DNA from: Oopsacas minuta
Taxonomy: Eukaryota > Animalia > Porifera
NCBI GenBank assembly: GCA_024704765.1
Contig: JAKMXF010000317.1
Coordinates: 182,194-246,193, forward strand
Direction: 5' to 3'
Length of the DNA: 64,000 nucleotides
Made by a program: the position numbers and the translations under genes. How positions within the stretch are numbered: the first letter of the stretch is position 1; each line of letters starts with the position of its first letter. Of this stretch, positions 12,701 through 24,403 are shown in pieces. The notes beneath the pieces were generated by a model, which saw nothing but the letters and a program-made list of their open reading frames with translations, ran no database searches and was not told the origin of the DNA.

Positions 12701-13030
12701 ACGTATATTGTCATACACCGACTTGGGAAGTCCGCGTATATACTGTTCGAATAACGGCTGTTCTCTAACTTCCTCGACCTTTTCAGGAAATGCTTTCTTA
12801 AGTAGGCGTTTGAGTCAAGTGAATTTAATATCCTCCGGCTTAAAACCTCTCGCAATACGGTCAAGATCTTTACGATTTTTTCGAAAAATGAGCCAACGAG
12901 GACTCGTTGAGGTATTGCGACAATTTATAGCAAGTAAATACAATGTGTTAATTACACTTTTATTACAGTACAAGCATAATTTACTATCAAGTCCGTCGGA
13001 AATACGAGATCTGGGAAACCTGTAAAAGAC
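9770..13030 (-). mobile_element. decayed Ty3/Gypsy-type LTR retrotransposon internal region (gag-like, protease, RNase H, integrase; RT deleted)
   Basis: Protease-like DYILGTDFL; RNase H KIFTDES..GLGAML and EYLAIVEAVKRFRHYLLG..FVIFTDHKPL; integrase FHSDQGRNFES and STPYHPQGNGSVERSN. Order PR-RH-INT. No LTRs recognised. Confidence 0.8.
10471..11089. mobile_element. non-autonomous hAT element (619 bp) inserted in the Gypsy integrase
   Basis: TIR caagggtgctcaaac / gtttgagtacccctg; exact 8-bp TSD ctctaaga (10463-10470, 11090-11097). Confidence 0.88.
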
Positions 13031-13849
13031 AGTACCGCTCCCGTATACTCCCTAGGCTTCAGAAGTGCCAATCACTTCTAGCTCAATGTCAGATGCACCT
13101 TTATTAATTATATATATTTATATAGTGTACATTCATGCATTATAGTATATATATATACAGATAATTGTCATATATTTCTAATTGTCATATATATCTAATT
13201 ATCGATTAATCAAGTTATCGAGTTAATTGTTTATCAGTAATTATTGAAAACAAATTTATTCAAGAGTTTATTGGCTATAAACTTTATCGGTTAGTGCATA
13301 GTACGCATCATAACCTGCTCCCCATGATTAACTGGCATATATATATGACAATAGCGTAAATTTAAAGTTGAGACACCCATTTTGGCCCCCCAGAATGTTT
13401 ATTTTTGAAGAGTTTTAAATCCGTCCAATCTTGGTACATTTGGAGCTCTATCTTAGATATTTCAGAAATATTTTAAATTTTTAGGCCGTAGCTAGTATAA
13501 AGGAAGAGGAGGCAGTTGCCTCATCTCCCTATTGTTATCGCCATTATATTGAGGAAAATATCCATCGTTGCCTCCTCGCTCTGGGACCTCTAGTTATGCC
13601 CCAGATTTTGTCCTGGCAACCCTGACATTTGATAAGAACCCACTTCCATAAGTTGATTCCATCAATGTCTTCCCTCACTATCGTATATGTGGAGTAATAG
13701 AATTGAGTTGGGCACAGAATATTATGTAGATTACGAAACTCTTTGAAAAAATATTTCTATTACGAAATTTTTGCAAGTGTGATTTTAAAATAAGGTGTCA
13801 GAACTTTATATTCCAAAATTGTTTCTTAAATATGGGAAACTTCCAAAAT

Positions 13850-16800
13850 CTTAATTGCATTTGTGACTATTCCATACCTTCAAAAAGCGAGAGTGAGATG
13901 CTTCAACAGCTTGTTCTGAGAGAAACCCCAGACCCTTTCCCGAAGGAAGATAGTTTTAAACAAAAGGTACATTGTGGCGCCAAACAACGTGGACTTTGGT
14001 TGAACATGGTAGCCCTGTATTATTAAATGCATCTTCGAATTGATGAATCTGATCAATGTATTCACTTTCAATATTTATCCCGAAGCAAGATGCAACCACA
14101 TCACTAAATCTCTTCAGGGCAATGAAGGCAAAGTTTGAAGGAGGAAAGGCAAGTCCATTACACATAGTGAACAGTTTACGTATTGCATTCCTTCGAATGC
14201 ATTTCCATGGTCTGTGCTACGTTTAATGTTATTATCTCTTAGTAGAGATTCGTGCTTGAATTTCTCTTCCTCAGACATTGTTGTTAGTATGGCATCGTAC
14301 ATTTTGTCACACTCCTAACATCAAATGTAACTCTGGAATATTGAATCTATCCATTGTATTAGACATCGATATTCCTATTGGAGGGAGATCTTCCACGCCC
14401 ATACAATCAATTGCGTGTCATTTTGGATCACCACTGTAGATTGTAGAAAGTTTGTCGATCATCGTTGAATATAGAAGAGAAGGCGTTTCACAGTAATAAT
14501 TTCTGAATATAATTTTAGAACTGAAGATGAGACAATGACCTATTCTCTTCATGCTCAATGACAAAGCATTTCACTCAAGACAAAATGTTAATATTGCAAA
14601 GTTTTGTAATTAGAAATTAAACTTTTACAGTAATAATTACTGAATATAATTTAATGATTGAAAGCTGAGATACCTGTATGTAGTCTGGGTCTCGTTTACA
14701 CCTGGACGACTATCCCAAGTACACCAGATGCATGGATACCGCCCTGCCATTAAACTGATCAATATACATCCAGCTTTGAAGTCAACGGTAAGTGTGACAT
14801 CATAGTTTGTCTGAAAAATGCTTATTTGATTGTACTGAAAATCCACTAAAAATTATAACAATTTTCAGGAAGCTTGCTAACCCAAAGATATATAAGCTTA
14901 TCTACATAATTCTCATTCCTTAAGCTGAGTACGAGTTTAAGAAAAGTTTATAATTCAATCGTTGAAGATTATCGCCATATGTTTACCATAAAATCGCTCT
15001 AGTAATGTATTGATGTCATCACATCTTACCACAAAAGTTTTCTTAATATCAGTTTGATACTTTTCTTTACAGTATGTCCCGAAAGTCTTTTCCTATAGTA
15101 ATTTTAGATATATTAGACTACCAAAACTTGATTAATTGAATTCGAATATTCTGAACTCAATTTATTGAATATTCAAACAATTGTGAACACATTAGATCAA
15201 GTGATATAGGCTTATCAACTTCAGAGACTTCTTTAGCAGCATTTATTTGATCTCGAATATTCATTCACAAAATAATGTCCGAATCGTTACATTCCTCTCA
15301 GAATTTATTTCGTGCAAAGGCTATTGGAATGTTAGAGGCCGGAGTTACGCAGAAACAGGTGTCCCAAGCCCTTGGAAAGACCACACGTACCATCAGCAAT
15401 TGGTGGAAACGAAATAAATTGGACCAGAGTCTCAGCGATAAACCGAGGTCAGGAAGGCCTTTATCGCTCACAAGGACAGCGAAAATAGTTATTTCCAAAT
15501 CTGTTGGTAAGAGGCACCAATCTACACGAAAATTGGCAAAGAGACTAACCGTTCGTGGACACCCGACTTCCAAATCAGCGGTGCATCGCTATTTGAGAGA
15601 AAATCTTGGTCTTAAGAGCTACAAACGGCCACATCAGCCAAAATTGACCGAAAAACAGAAAGATCATCGCCTAAATTTCTGTAAACAAAGGCCATTTTGG
15701 TCGGCTGAACAATGGAGCAATGTTATTTTCTCCGATGAAGCTCCGTTTTATCTATTTCAGCCTTCCAACCCATAAGCCGATCGCGTCTGGAGTTCTGATG
15801 CCAAAAATGTCCCGCCGGTCCTCACTATTAAGTTTCCTTCTCATCTTATGGTTTGGGGGGCTATGTCGGCTCGTGCTGTATCAGAATTACACATTCTGTC
15901 ACCCAAATGCACTGTAAATGCCAAGTACTATGTTGATGAGATACTAGCTGGACCTTGTCAAGATTCGTTTGCTCGCAAAAGATTACTGGTACAATTCTAC
16001 AGCGAAGACTTTGCCAAAACATGTCCAATTCTGTTTTCCAACAGGATGGAGCTCCCGCTCATACTTCAAAATTAAGTCAGCAGTGGTGCCAACTAAATCT
16101 TCCAAACTACTGGGCGAAAGAAGTGTGGCCAGGCAACTCTCCTGATTTATCTCCAATTGAGAACTTGTGGGCGTATGTGAAAAATGAACTTTCTGAGCTA
16201 CCAGCTGCTTCAAATTTAGACTTGCTGAAAAATCAACTCAAAAATGTGTGGGCTGACATCAGCCCTGACCTACTCAAGAGGTTGATGGATGGAATGCCAG
16301 CTAGGATGAGAAAGTGCATAGATTTGAATGGCGGTAATATTGGAAAATAATGAAACCTATATTCCATTTCGTATGGCTGCGATGAATAATTTTCTGATAG
16401 GAAAAGACTTTCGGGACATGCTGTACTGACATCAAGACTAACGGAAATGCACTCTATTAAATCTATGCAGAATTATTTCTTCTTCTCATAGTAATATCCC
16501 ATTGTCGGACAACGAATTCCAGGGTCAGGCAATACTGAAGACCCCGTTTTAAATTGATTGTTCGATATCTCACTAGTTGATTTAAGCTGCATGATCTTGC
16601 CGAACTCCATTCGTTGCTTCTTAGATTCTAAATTAGGTGGAAAATATGTAGAGTGTAAAGCGCTGACAAATAGAGGACACCCCGTTCCTGTCGTTGGAGT
16701 TGGAAACTTAATGCAATGTTCTCTCCTTCTTGAAAACGTTCTAACATGTTATGACAACCATAGTGATCGAGTGCATTTCTCTATATAAATGCTGGTGGTT

Positions 16801-17292
16801 ATTGTCAATCAGAGACCTTTTAGTGCATTGATGCGATGTACCTTGTGAAATTTAGCTCAATTGTTTGTTACAATGTCAAACAACCTTTGCTAGAGAATTT
16901 ATCATCGGTCTTCTTGGATGTTCATGTGAAATTTCGATTTAGCAAGAGAAAGTCTTCTTCCTCACATATGGGGTATTGATTACCAGGAGTACATGTTGAA
17001 CGGGTTTGATGCAAGAGATTGGGCCTATTAAACCGAATCGGCTGTTCCTGATGGGCATCACTACCCCAAACCTTTGTCAAATAAAGTTTACAGGTTGTAC
17101 ATAATATACATTTGGCTGAAGACAATTTTGATCTATAGTTACGGGTTCAAATACTTTCGTGTATTGTTCACCCTATTTTGTTAACTCATCAGCTGGTTCC
17201 TTGGATAACTGATGCGAAATGAGCTTAATATTGCCAACCTTGGCACAGCACCAACGATAAACCTTTAATTTTGCTGCTACATGCGCATCCAT
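13850..17292 (-). pseudogene. decayed Chapaev/Transib-like (RAG1-core-like) DDE transposase, split by the Tc1 insertion
   Basis: N-terminus MDAHVAAKLKVYRWCC...KCILCTTCK and TRSTCTPGNQYPIC (Cys/His-rich). Core VDFK...YPCIWCTWDSR. C-terminus TKVHVVWRH...GLGFLSEQAVEASHSRF. Many stops and frameshifts. Confidence 0.58.
15070..16423 (+). mobile_element. Tc1-like element, DD37E (TRT-type) transposase pseudogene 15275-16350
   Basis: 27-bp TIRs cagtatgtcccgaaagtcttttcctat (1 mismatch), TA TSD. HTH with PRSGRP; IFSDE, FQQDGAPAH, WPGNSPDLSPIEN with 37 residues between the second D and E. One stop (15773) and one frameshift (~15950). Confidence 0.92.
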
Positions 17293-17829
17293 AATTAAGT
17301 GAAATATGTTTACCTAATTGGTAAGGTTAATATTGTTTTGAACTTTATGTTAGCGATGCAATGTGTTGCATGTTTATAGTTAGTATTTGGAATTGACCAC
17401 AAATAGCATCATAATGTGCATGAACTAGTGTAGTAATTGGTTAGTAATTGTCTTTTGTTGCAAAAAATGACTAAGACCACATCCTTTACCGTATACTAAT
17501 AAATTATTGACTAAAAACACTATTTAGTTATAATGAAAGGTTTCAAATTCAAAACTGCTGAAATCGGAACTAAAAGAGTTGACAGCTAATTTAGATATGA
17601 CAACAAATTTTATAATCACACCTGCAAAAATGTTTTGATTGAAATTGTTTTTTCAATACAATTTCGAAATCTGCTTAAAATTCGGTGTCCAACCTGTCAA
17701 TTTCATCAGAATGTTTTGACCGAGATCAAGATTTCATATACCCGTGGGTTGGAGAATTTCTATTTATCATTCTCAACATGAAAGAAGCCAGGGAAGATGT
17801 AATTCGATTACATAAAATATAAGGGTGTA

Positions 17830-19317
17830 CGAGTGGCACTCGGAAATTTTTTATTCACTCATTCAATTCATAGCAATTAATTCTTTCGACTGTTTTTATG
17901 TATTCTTCTATTGATCATATGTTAGTAACCCAAATTTCAAGTCAATACGATAATCCATTATACATATACTTCTCTTCAAGTGTTTAGTGTTTACCATTTT
18001 TGAGAAATACACTATGGATTTTTCGAGAACATTTCCACGCTGTGATATTCTACGATTTTAAGATTGGTTTAACTCATCGCGATTGTCATGAACGTTTGAC
18101 TCAGGCATTCCCATCATCTTCTCCATCATTTCCAACTGTTACCAACTGGTATCGTGAATTTTCACGAAAAAGGGAATCGCTTGGAGATGCCCCAAGAACT
18201 GGTAGACCGCAAACTGCGACAACAACTGATCATATAGAAATGGTACGAAGTTTAGTGGTTGAAGATCGACAGATCACGTATAATATGATCCAGAGCACGC
18301 TAGGGATTTCAGCATGGGCAGTGAGCAAGATATTGCATGAAGATCTTGGTCTACATAAGCTGGACAGTTGGTGGATCCTACATCTCTTGACTGATTCCCA
18401 AAACCAAGACAGGATTGATTGGTGTAAATCTATGCTAGTTAAATTCGATATGGGGAAGTCTAGTAGAATTTCTCAGATACAGTAGAACTCGGATAAGACG
18501 TACCCCCTCGGGAAACAGAAATTAGTACGTCTTAACCGAGTGTACGTCTTATCCGAATATGTTTGCATTACAAATAATGATGACTGATATTTTGGGATAT
18601 AAGAAATAGTACGTCTTAACCGAGTGTACGTCTTAAGCCGAGTACGTCTTATCCGAGTTCTACTGTAGTTACAAGCGATGAGACTTGGATATATTCATAT
18701 GAGCCTGAGAAAAGACACATTCTCGGCTTTAGGTGTTTCCTGACGAGGATGCCCCAACGAAGGTGGTGCGTGCAAGTGCAACTGGAAAACAAATGGTTGC
18801 CACTTTTGTTGGTAAAGAGGTCATGTAGCCACTGTACTGTTGACAGAACAAAGAACAGTAACTGCTAGATGGTATTGTACAGTTTGCCTTCCAGAAGTCT
18901 ATAATAACTTCTGTGAACAGGGTCGGAAGTCAGGACTTAGAGGGTTATTTTGCATCACGATAATGCCAGCTTTCACACAGCCAGTGCAATCCGAGACTTT
19001 CTTGCCGACAAACCCATTCAAATGCTTGGCCATCCGCCACATTCTCCTGACCTTGCACCTTGGACTTCTTTGTGTTTGCAAAGGTCAAAGGTCTTATGCC
19101 TGGTTCCTGTTTTTCATCTCCTAGTGAAGTTGTCGACGTCTATAAAGAACACCTTGATACCCAAACCAAATCACAGTGGTGTGACATGATAGAAAAGTGG
19201 TTTGAAAGGATGAAAAGTGTATAGAAGCTAGAGGTGAATCCTTTGAGAACATATAAAAATTTGAGTTCAATATCTTGAATACTTTTATGTGGCTAAAAAC
19301 TTTCCGAGTGCCCCTCG
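17830..19317 (+). mobile_element. mariner element with degenerate transposase (~18000-19250), interrupted by a MITE
   Basis: TIR cgagtggcactcggaaa / tttccgagtgcccctcg, TA TSD. Motifs PRTGRP, VTSDETWIYSYEPE (after removing the MITE), HHDNA, HPPHSPDLAP. Confidence 0.9.
18480..18665. mobile_element. pogo/Tigger-type MITE (186 bp) nested in the mariner ORF
   Basis: TA|cagtagaactcggataagacgtac ... gtacgtcttatccgagttctactg|TA; internal gtacgtcttaaccgag repeats. Confidence 0.9.
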
Positions 19318-19479
19318 TAGGTATTAACCTGAAAAATTCTCATACACAGTTGCCAAAAATCAGTCATTTATACTCATTAGGCTACCACAAGATTAGTACA
19401 ATAAAATCACTTCAAGAAACAATACACTATATATTTTATAGCTATACACTGTTTTTCAACTAATCTTATACAATATTCT

Positions 19480-20490
19480 ATGGATTGTGAAAGGGCTGCG
19501 ATTGTTGAATTATTTTTTAAAGGAAAATCACAAGGCGAAATTTTAAATCCTCAAGGAGAAAGTTCGAATATAGAACTATCCTACGTTATCAGAAGATGGG
19601 AAGCATTCAGGATATGCCCAGAAGTGGTCGTCCAAATCTGTCACTACCCCTAGGATGAAGAAGTTCGTTAGGGACCGAATAAGGAGAAATCCTCTACGAT
19701 CTATGAGAAGAATGGCAGCTGAGGTCAACATATCCAAAGGATCCATGCAAAATCTGGTCATGATGAATTGGATTTCAGGTCGCATAAAAGGAAGACAGTT
19801 CATTTCCTTTCGGAGAATATTAAGCTGAAGAGGCTCTCGAGAAGCTAGGCCTTCTTATTCGGCTCGAAATTGAAAATCTTGATCGGTTTCTGTTCTCCGA
19901 TGAAAATTTTTCAGTATAGAGCAGGCTACTAACAAACAGAATACCAGAATATTAGCTCCAAACTATTCAAGCACCCCTGAGGATGTTTTGTGTGTACCTA
20001 GGACACCAAAACCCCGATCTATTATGCTATGGGCCGGTATTTCGGCGAATGGACGGACTCCACTAATATTTGTACCTGAAGACCTGAAGGGGTTAAGATA
20101 AATGCTGTAATCTATCGTTAGTTGATCCTTGAACCAGTAATTAAACACTCGAGCAGAAATCTATTTAGAAATCAACCATTTGTCTTTCAACAAGACGGTG
20201 CTCGGCTCACACCGCCAATGTCACTCAAAAATGGTTACATGAGAATATATCAGGATTTATTTCAAAGGAGGAATGGCCTCAAGTCCAGATTTGAACCCAA
20301 TGGACTTCTCGATCTGGGTCATATTGGAGGCAAAGGTTTGTGCAAAGTCTCACAACAATTCGGGCTCTTTGAAGAGATCATTGGTCAAAGAGTTGGAAAT
20401 ATTCCTCAGGAGGTACTGCGAACCGCAGTGGAGTCCTTTCCGACGCTACAAAGAAGTGTAGTCGAGAACAAACGTGGCTACATAGAGTAG
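19480..20490 (+). pseudogene. maT (DD37D)-type Tc1/mariner transposase pseudogene; probable right TIR at ~22410-22432
   Basis: MDCERAAIVELF..., PRSGRP, FSDE, FQQDGA, SPDLNPMDFSIW. cagaacttattggccaccctg|TA at 22412-22432 resembles the TIR of the maT at 48690-50245. Left TIR not found. Confidence 0.78.
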
Positions 20491-20514
20491 GATTTGTTTA
20501 TGTATTGTGAGGTA

Positions 20515-22317
20515 TTGAAAAGTCGAGTGCGCATGAGCATTGGGGGATATTCTTTAGTTGAAATTTAGACTGTTTACAAGTATTTTGCAGAGCTACTTAA
20601 TATGTAAAGATATTCAGAAAACATAGTTATCAATTATTACTAGCCAATTGGAATTCATGTGTGTATTAAAATGAAAGTTGTATTGTAGTGGTTTCAAGTA
20701 TAATTGGCTTCTGGTAAAATCAAACATATAAATTTGAAATTCATATGTTTGATTTTACCAGAAGCCAATTAGCTGATTATTGACCCGACTCTATTTCCGG
20801 GAAAGTCAGAAGTAATCTTTACAAATTCAAATGTAGAAAATTGTTAAATACAATATACTAAAAAAAGAAACGAAATTAAGACTTGGTGACTTTTAAGGAG
20901 AATATATGAAGGAATTTCTGGTCGAATTAAAGCATTTGATTTGCCTTTACGCCTGTTAGTAGTAAAGTGCTAAAGAGATCTAAAATAGATAGGGAAAGTG
21001 ATAACACACAAATAGAAGAAATTTGGGAAAGACGAAGGAAAAGGTGGGAGTTATTTCAACAAATGTCAATTGTCTAAGTCTAATTATAATGAAACAAGAG
21101 CTAGAAAAATGAAAAGGGTGCTTAAACTTAAGGAAAGGTAGAAAGTAATGAGGGGAAAAAGTTGAAAATAAACATAAATCAAAGACTATTCCACATGATG
21201 TACATAGTGAGGACTGTATTTGGGATCAATCATCAGAAGATGTTGTATTTTATGATCATGGAAATTTACTCCTGTTGATTCTGATTGGTAACATGAAAAA
21301 CAAAAAACATTCATGTTTACATATGTAAGAGGAGTGATTTATTAAAATGGAGGTTTTGATAAAACTTCACAAATTCGTAAGTTTCCACCATCAAAGGAAA
21401 AATGAATTTCTCTTGATGGAAATTGTCTCTTTAGTTCACTATCCTACATGATTACGGGTTCAGACCATTACCATAAAGAAATTCGAGAGTTGTTAATAAC
21501 AAATATGAAAAATGAATATCGAACCTAATGCACCAACTATTGCACATCACATTATGATTTGCTTCCTGAGCATAATTGTAATACAATAGATTATTATATA
21601 TCGGTAGGTTGATGGATCGAGTAGGGTCGTGGGGAACTGAACTAGAACTGTTTCTGGCAGCCAACTTCTCAAAACCGACATATTCTTATTTAAAGATATT
21701 GATCGTTGTTGGAACAATTTCCAGGCTATGGATTCAACGACAGACACAATGTGCATCCATTAATTGACAAGAGGTTGTATTTGCGTTTATATTTCATTCA
21801 CTTTCAACCAGTTACAAAAGTAAATACAATGGAGAGCCTGATAACCGATAGTTATGTTGATGACATTGATTCAGCACAATGATATTCAAATAACGAAAAG
21901 AAATAGTTAAGTATGGAGATTAGATTCAAGTAGCGAATTACAGCAAAATTTAGTTAGATCTATTAGATATACGTATACTAGATTGTGTAGACAAGATTAT
22001 GTGGTAGTAAGGTACTAGTGGTAACTCTATCTCTATTAGATTACTAGTGTGATTGTAGGCAAGAAAACTGAACTATTACATCACATATAATATATATAGT
22101 ATATATGACATAAACCTCCCAGGCTAGTATTGATATAATCCAAATGGCATCTCTCTAACTTCACTGGTCACATAATTGTTAAAGTGTGCTTGATTTATTT
22201 CGCTGCCAACTTCACACTCATGGCCAAATAGTAGGTAATTATTGAAAATTTGTTGTGTTTATAAGTATTCTGATAAGCTTATATTAAATGAATGCGCAAT
22301 CGCACTCGACTTTTCAC
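20515..22317. mobile_element. unclassified 1.8-kb insertion with 16-bp inverted termini and TA flanks
   Basis: tgaaaagtcgagtgcg (20516-20531) vs cgcactcgacttttca (22301-22316), with TA on both outer sides. Confidence 0.5.
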
Positions 22318-22718
22318 TATATCGTATTGCTACACATATCTATTAGATATATGCCAAGTAATTGTCTATAAGAATGGCTACATAAATAGTTATAACTATT
22401 TAGAGAGGGGACAGAACTTATTGGCCACCCTGTAACCCTAAGCTACACTACCAGTCTGTAGGCTGGGCCTTTTGCATTCCTTATGTGCAGGTCCGTGTCG
22501 GGCGATCGTTTATAGAAGGACTGTTATTGGATTTTTATCTTTCCGAAAGATATACGCTAATGTAGTCAAATTTCTAAATATCACAACTTTTGGGTTATTC
22601 TCCCGCTTATCGATACCTCGAGCTTGACACTCCTGATTTTCTATTTTCTTGTTACAACTCTTTCCAACATTTGATATTTTCTTTTTATAGACATAACTTT
22701 TATTTCTACCATAATATT

Positions 22719-23070
22719 ATGATCTGTAATCGGAATTTATTCCGTCAATTTCTCACCTTACACAGAACCAACATTATGTGGGTTTCATTTAAATCTCATG
22801 GAGAAGGTTTATTGTTTGAAACTCGTGACTCTCTTGCCACTATAACTCTTGATCGACCTAAAGCATTGAATTCTCTTACGCTTGATTTGATACGATCTTT
22901 TAAGGAGAAACTTATTGAATGGGAAAATAATCCCAGAGTTAAAGTTATTCTTGTAAAAGGTGGTGGAGGGAAGGCTTTTTGTTCAGGTGGAGATATAGTA
23001 AGTATTACAAAGTCGGCCAAAAATGGAGGGAGCATACACAAAGAATTTTTTACCGAAGAATATTCACTCA
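22719..23070 (+). CDS. HIBCH: 3-hydroxyisobutyryl-CoA hydrolase, mitochondrial, exon 1 of 3
   Basis: Arg-containing presequence-like MICNRNLFRQFLTLHRT, then ITLDRPKALNSL and KAFCSGGDI...FFTEEYSL. Donor ca|GTTAGT, phase 1. The start codon is inferred. Confidence 0.88.
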
Positions 23071-23644
23071 GTTAGTTATTACTTTTCCTTTTATATTATA
23101 AAATGAGGATACACATTTATAGTAACGTAACCTGGATTGCCTGACTTGGAATACACATCCTTATTTGGTACGTGGACATGCATAATTAAGGTTTTCGGGT
23201 TGCGCAAGTAAAGTGGACAGCTTTGTGATAATTACGTAGTAGGGCAGCACTGCTATCTTAATGCCAGGGGTGCTGAACTTTCTGACAACTTGAGCGTTCC
23301 TGAGGAAATTCATGAAATGGTGAGGCAGACTCAGGCAAATATAAATATTCTGTATTACTTCTATGGAACTGCAATATGTCAGGTGGGCTCAAGAACCGGT
23401 TTCTGATTATAGGAGTAATGAGACTATCAAAATCTCTCTATAAAGTGGATTGGGGAGGTTACCCCAGCCGCTCAACTCCCGAATTCTGAAAGGCCTGTGT
23501 TACAATGTCATTTGATAGATCATTTATTTGCAAACCTATATTCGCCATTATCCATTTTGTGCTAATTCTGCTTGTTTAATGGGTGAGTTTACGTGAAAAG
23601 TGCCATTATTCAACAACATTTCGTATTATCTTTATTGTAATTTA

Positions 23645-24083
23645 CGGGCGCATGTAGTAGTCCAAATATCAAAATCGGCATTAGTTCAATTTTGAGGGTG
23701 GAATGCATGCATTCACGGAGAAATTTCGTCGCAAGGAAATATAGTCATTTACTTTTGTTGTTTTGAGACTAAATACTCTCAGCAACTCACAGTCCAGATC
23801 CAACTCGAATCCAATCAAACACCACGCCAGTTATCCAAATTGTCTACTGAAATGCTCATCTTCTCAGCTCAAGTCAATCTAGCTAGAAATCCATGAAAAT
23901 TGCAAATTCTAGCACCTTCCAACGTGAGTTCTAGACACTCACAGCATCTCACAGCCTACTCCAGATACAACTCACGCAAACATCACCAAAAATTGGACTA
24001 ATGCCGATTTTGATATTTGGGCTAACGTAAACTTATGAAATTTGGACTAATGCATACATACGAATTTGGACTAACGACGCCCG
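23645..24083. mobile_element. MITE with long imperfect inverted ends (HIBCH intron 1)
   Basis: cgggcg...gtccaaatatcaaaatcggcattagttcaatttt is mirrored by aaaattggactaatgccgattttgatatttgggc...cgcccg. Confidence 0.6.
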
Positions 24084-24403
24084 CCTTATTTACCTCTATT
24101 TGACTAGCTAGAGCTATTAACAATTTGAAGTTCTTACTCTAATATTGTTCTAAATATTCGGGATTTAATGTTGCATACGGTGAAAAACTAATAAACACCC
24201 TCGTTCCAAAGTATTCCAAATTTGTATATTTTATCAATTTTTCTTCAAAATTAATCCTTGGTTGTGAGGCACTTACCTCCTGTACCCCCATTCCAAACCG
24301 TGCACATATATATATAGTAATTATTCATTCGGGATTCCGGATTTCAAGATATCTCCAATACCGGAATTTTGGCTTGTATCAAGCTAAATATTCGTGAAAG
24401 TCA

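Noticed and set aside
9300-13400. LTRs or primer-binding site for the Gypsy relic
   Set aside because: No direct repeat pair or convincing tRNA-complementary PBS found by eye.
22590-22718. Upstream extension of the HIBCH exon-1 ORF
   Set aside because: Starts at a non-ATG codon and is low-complexity AT-rich; the ATG at 22719 gives a normal-length protein with a presequence-like start.
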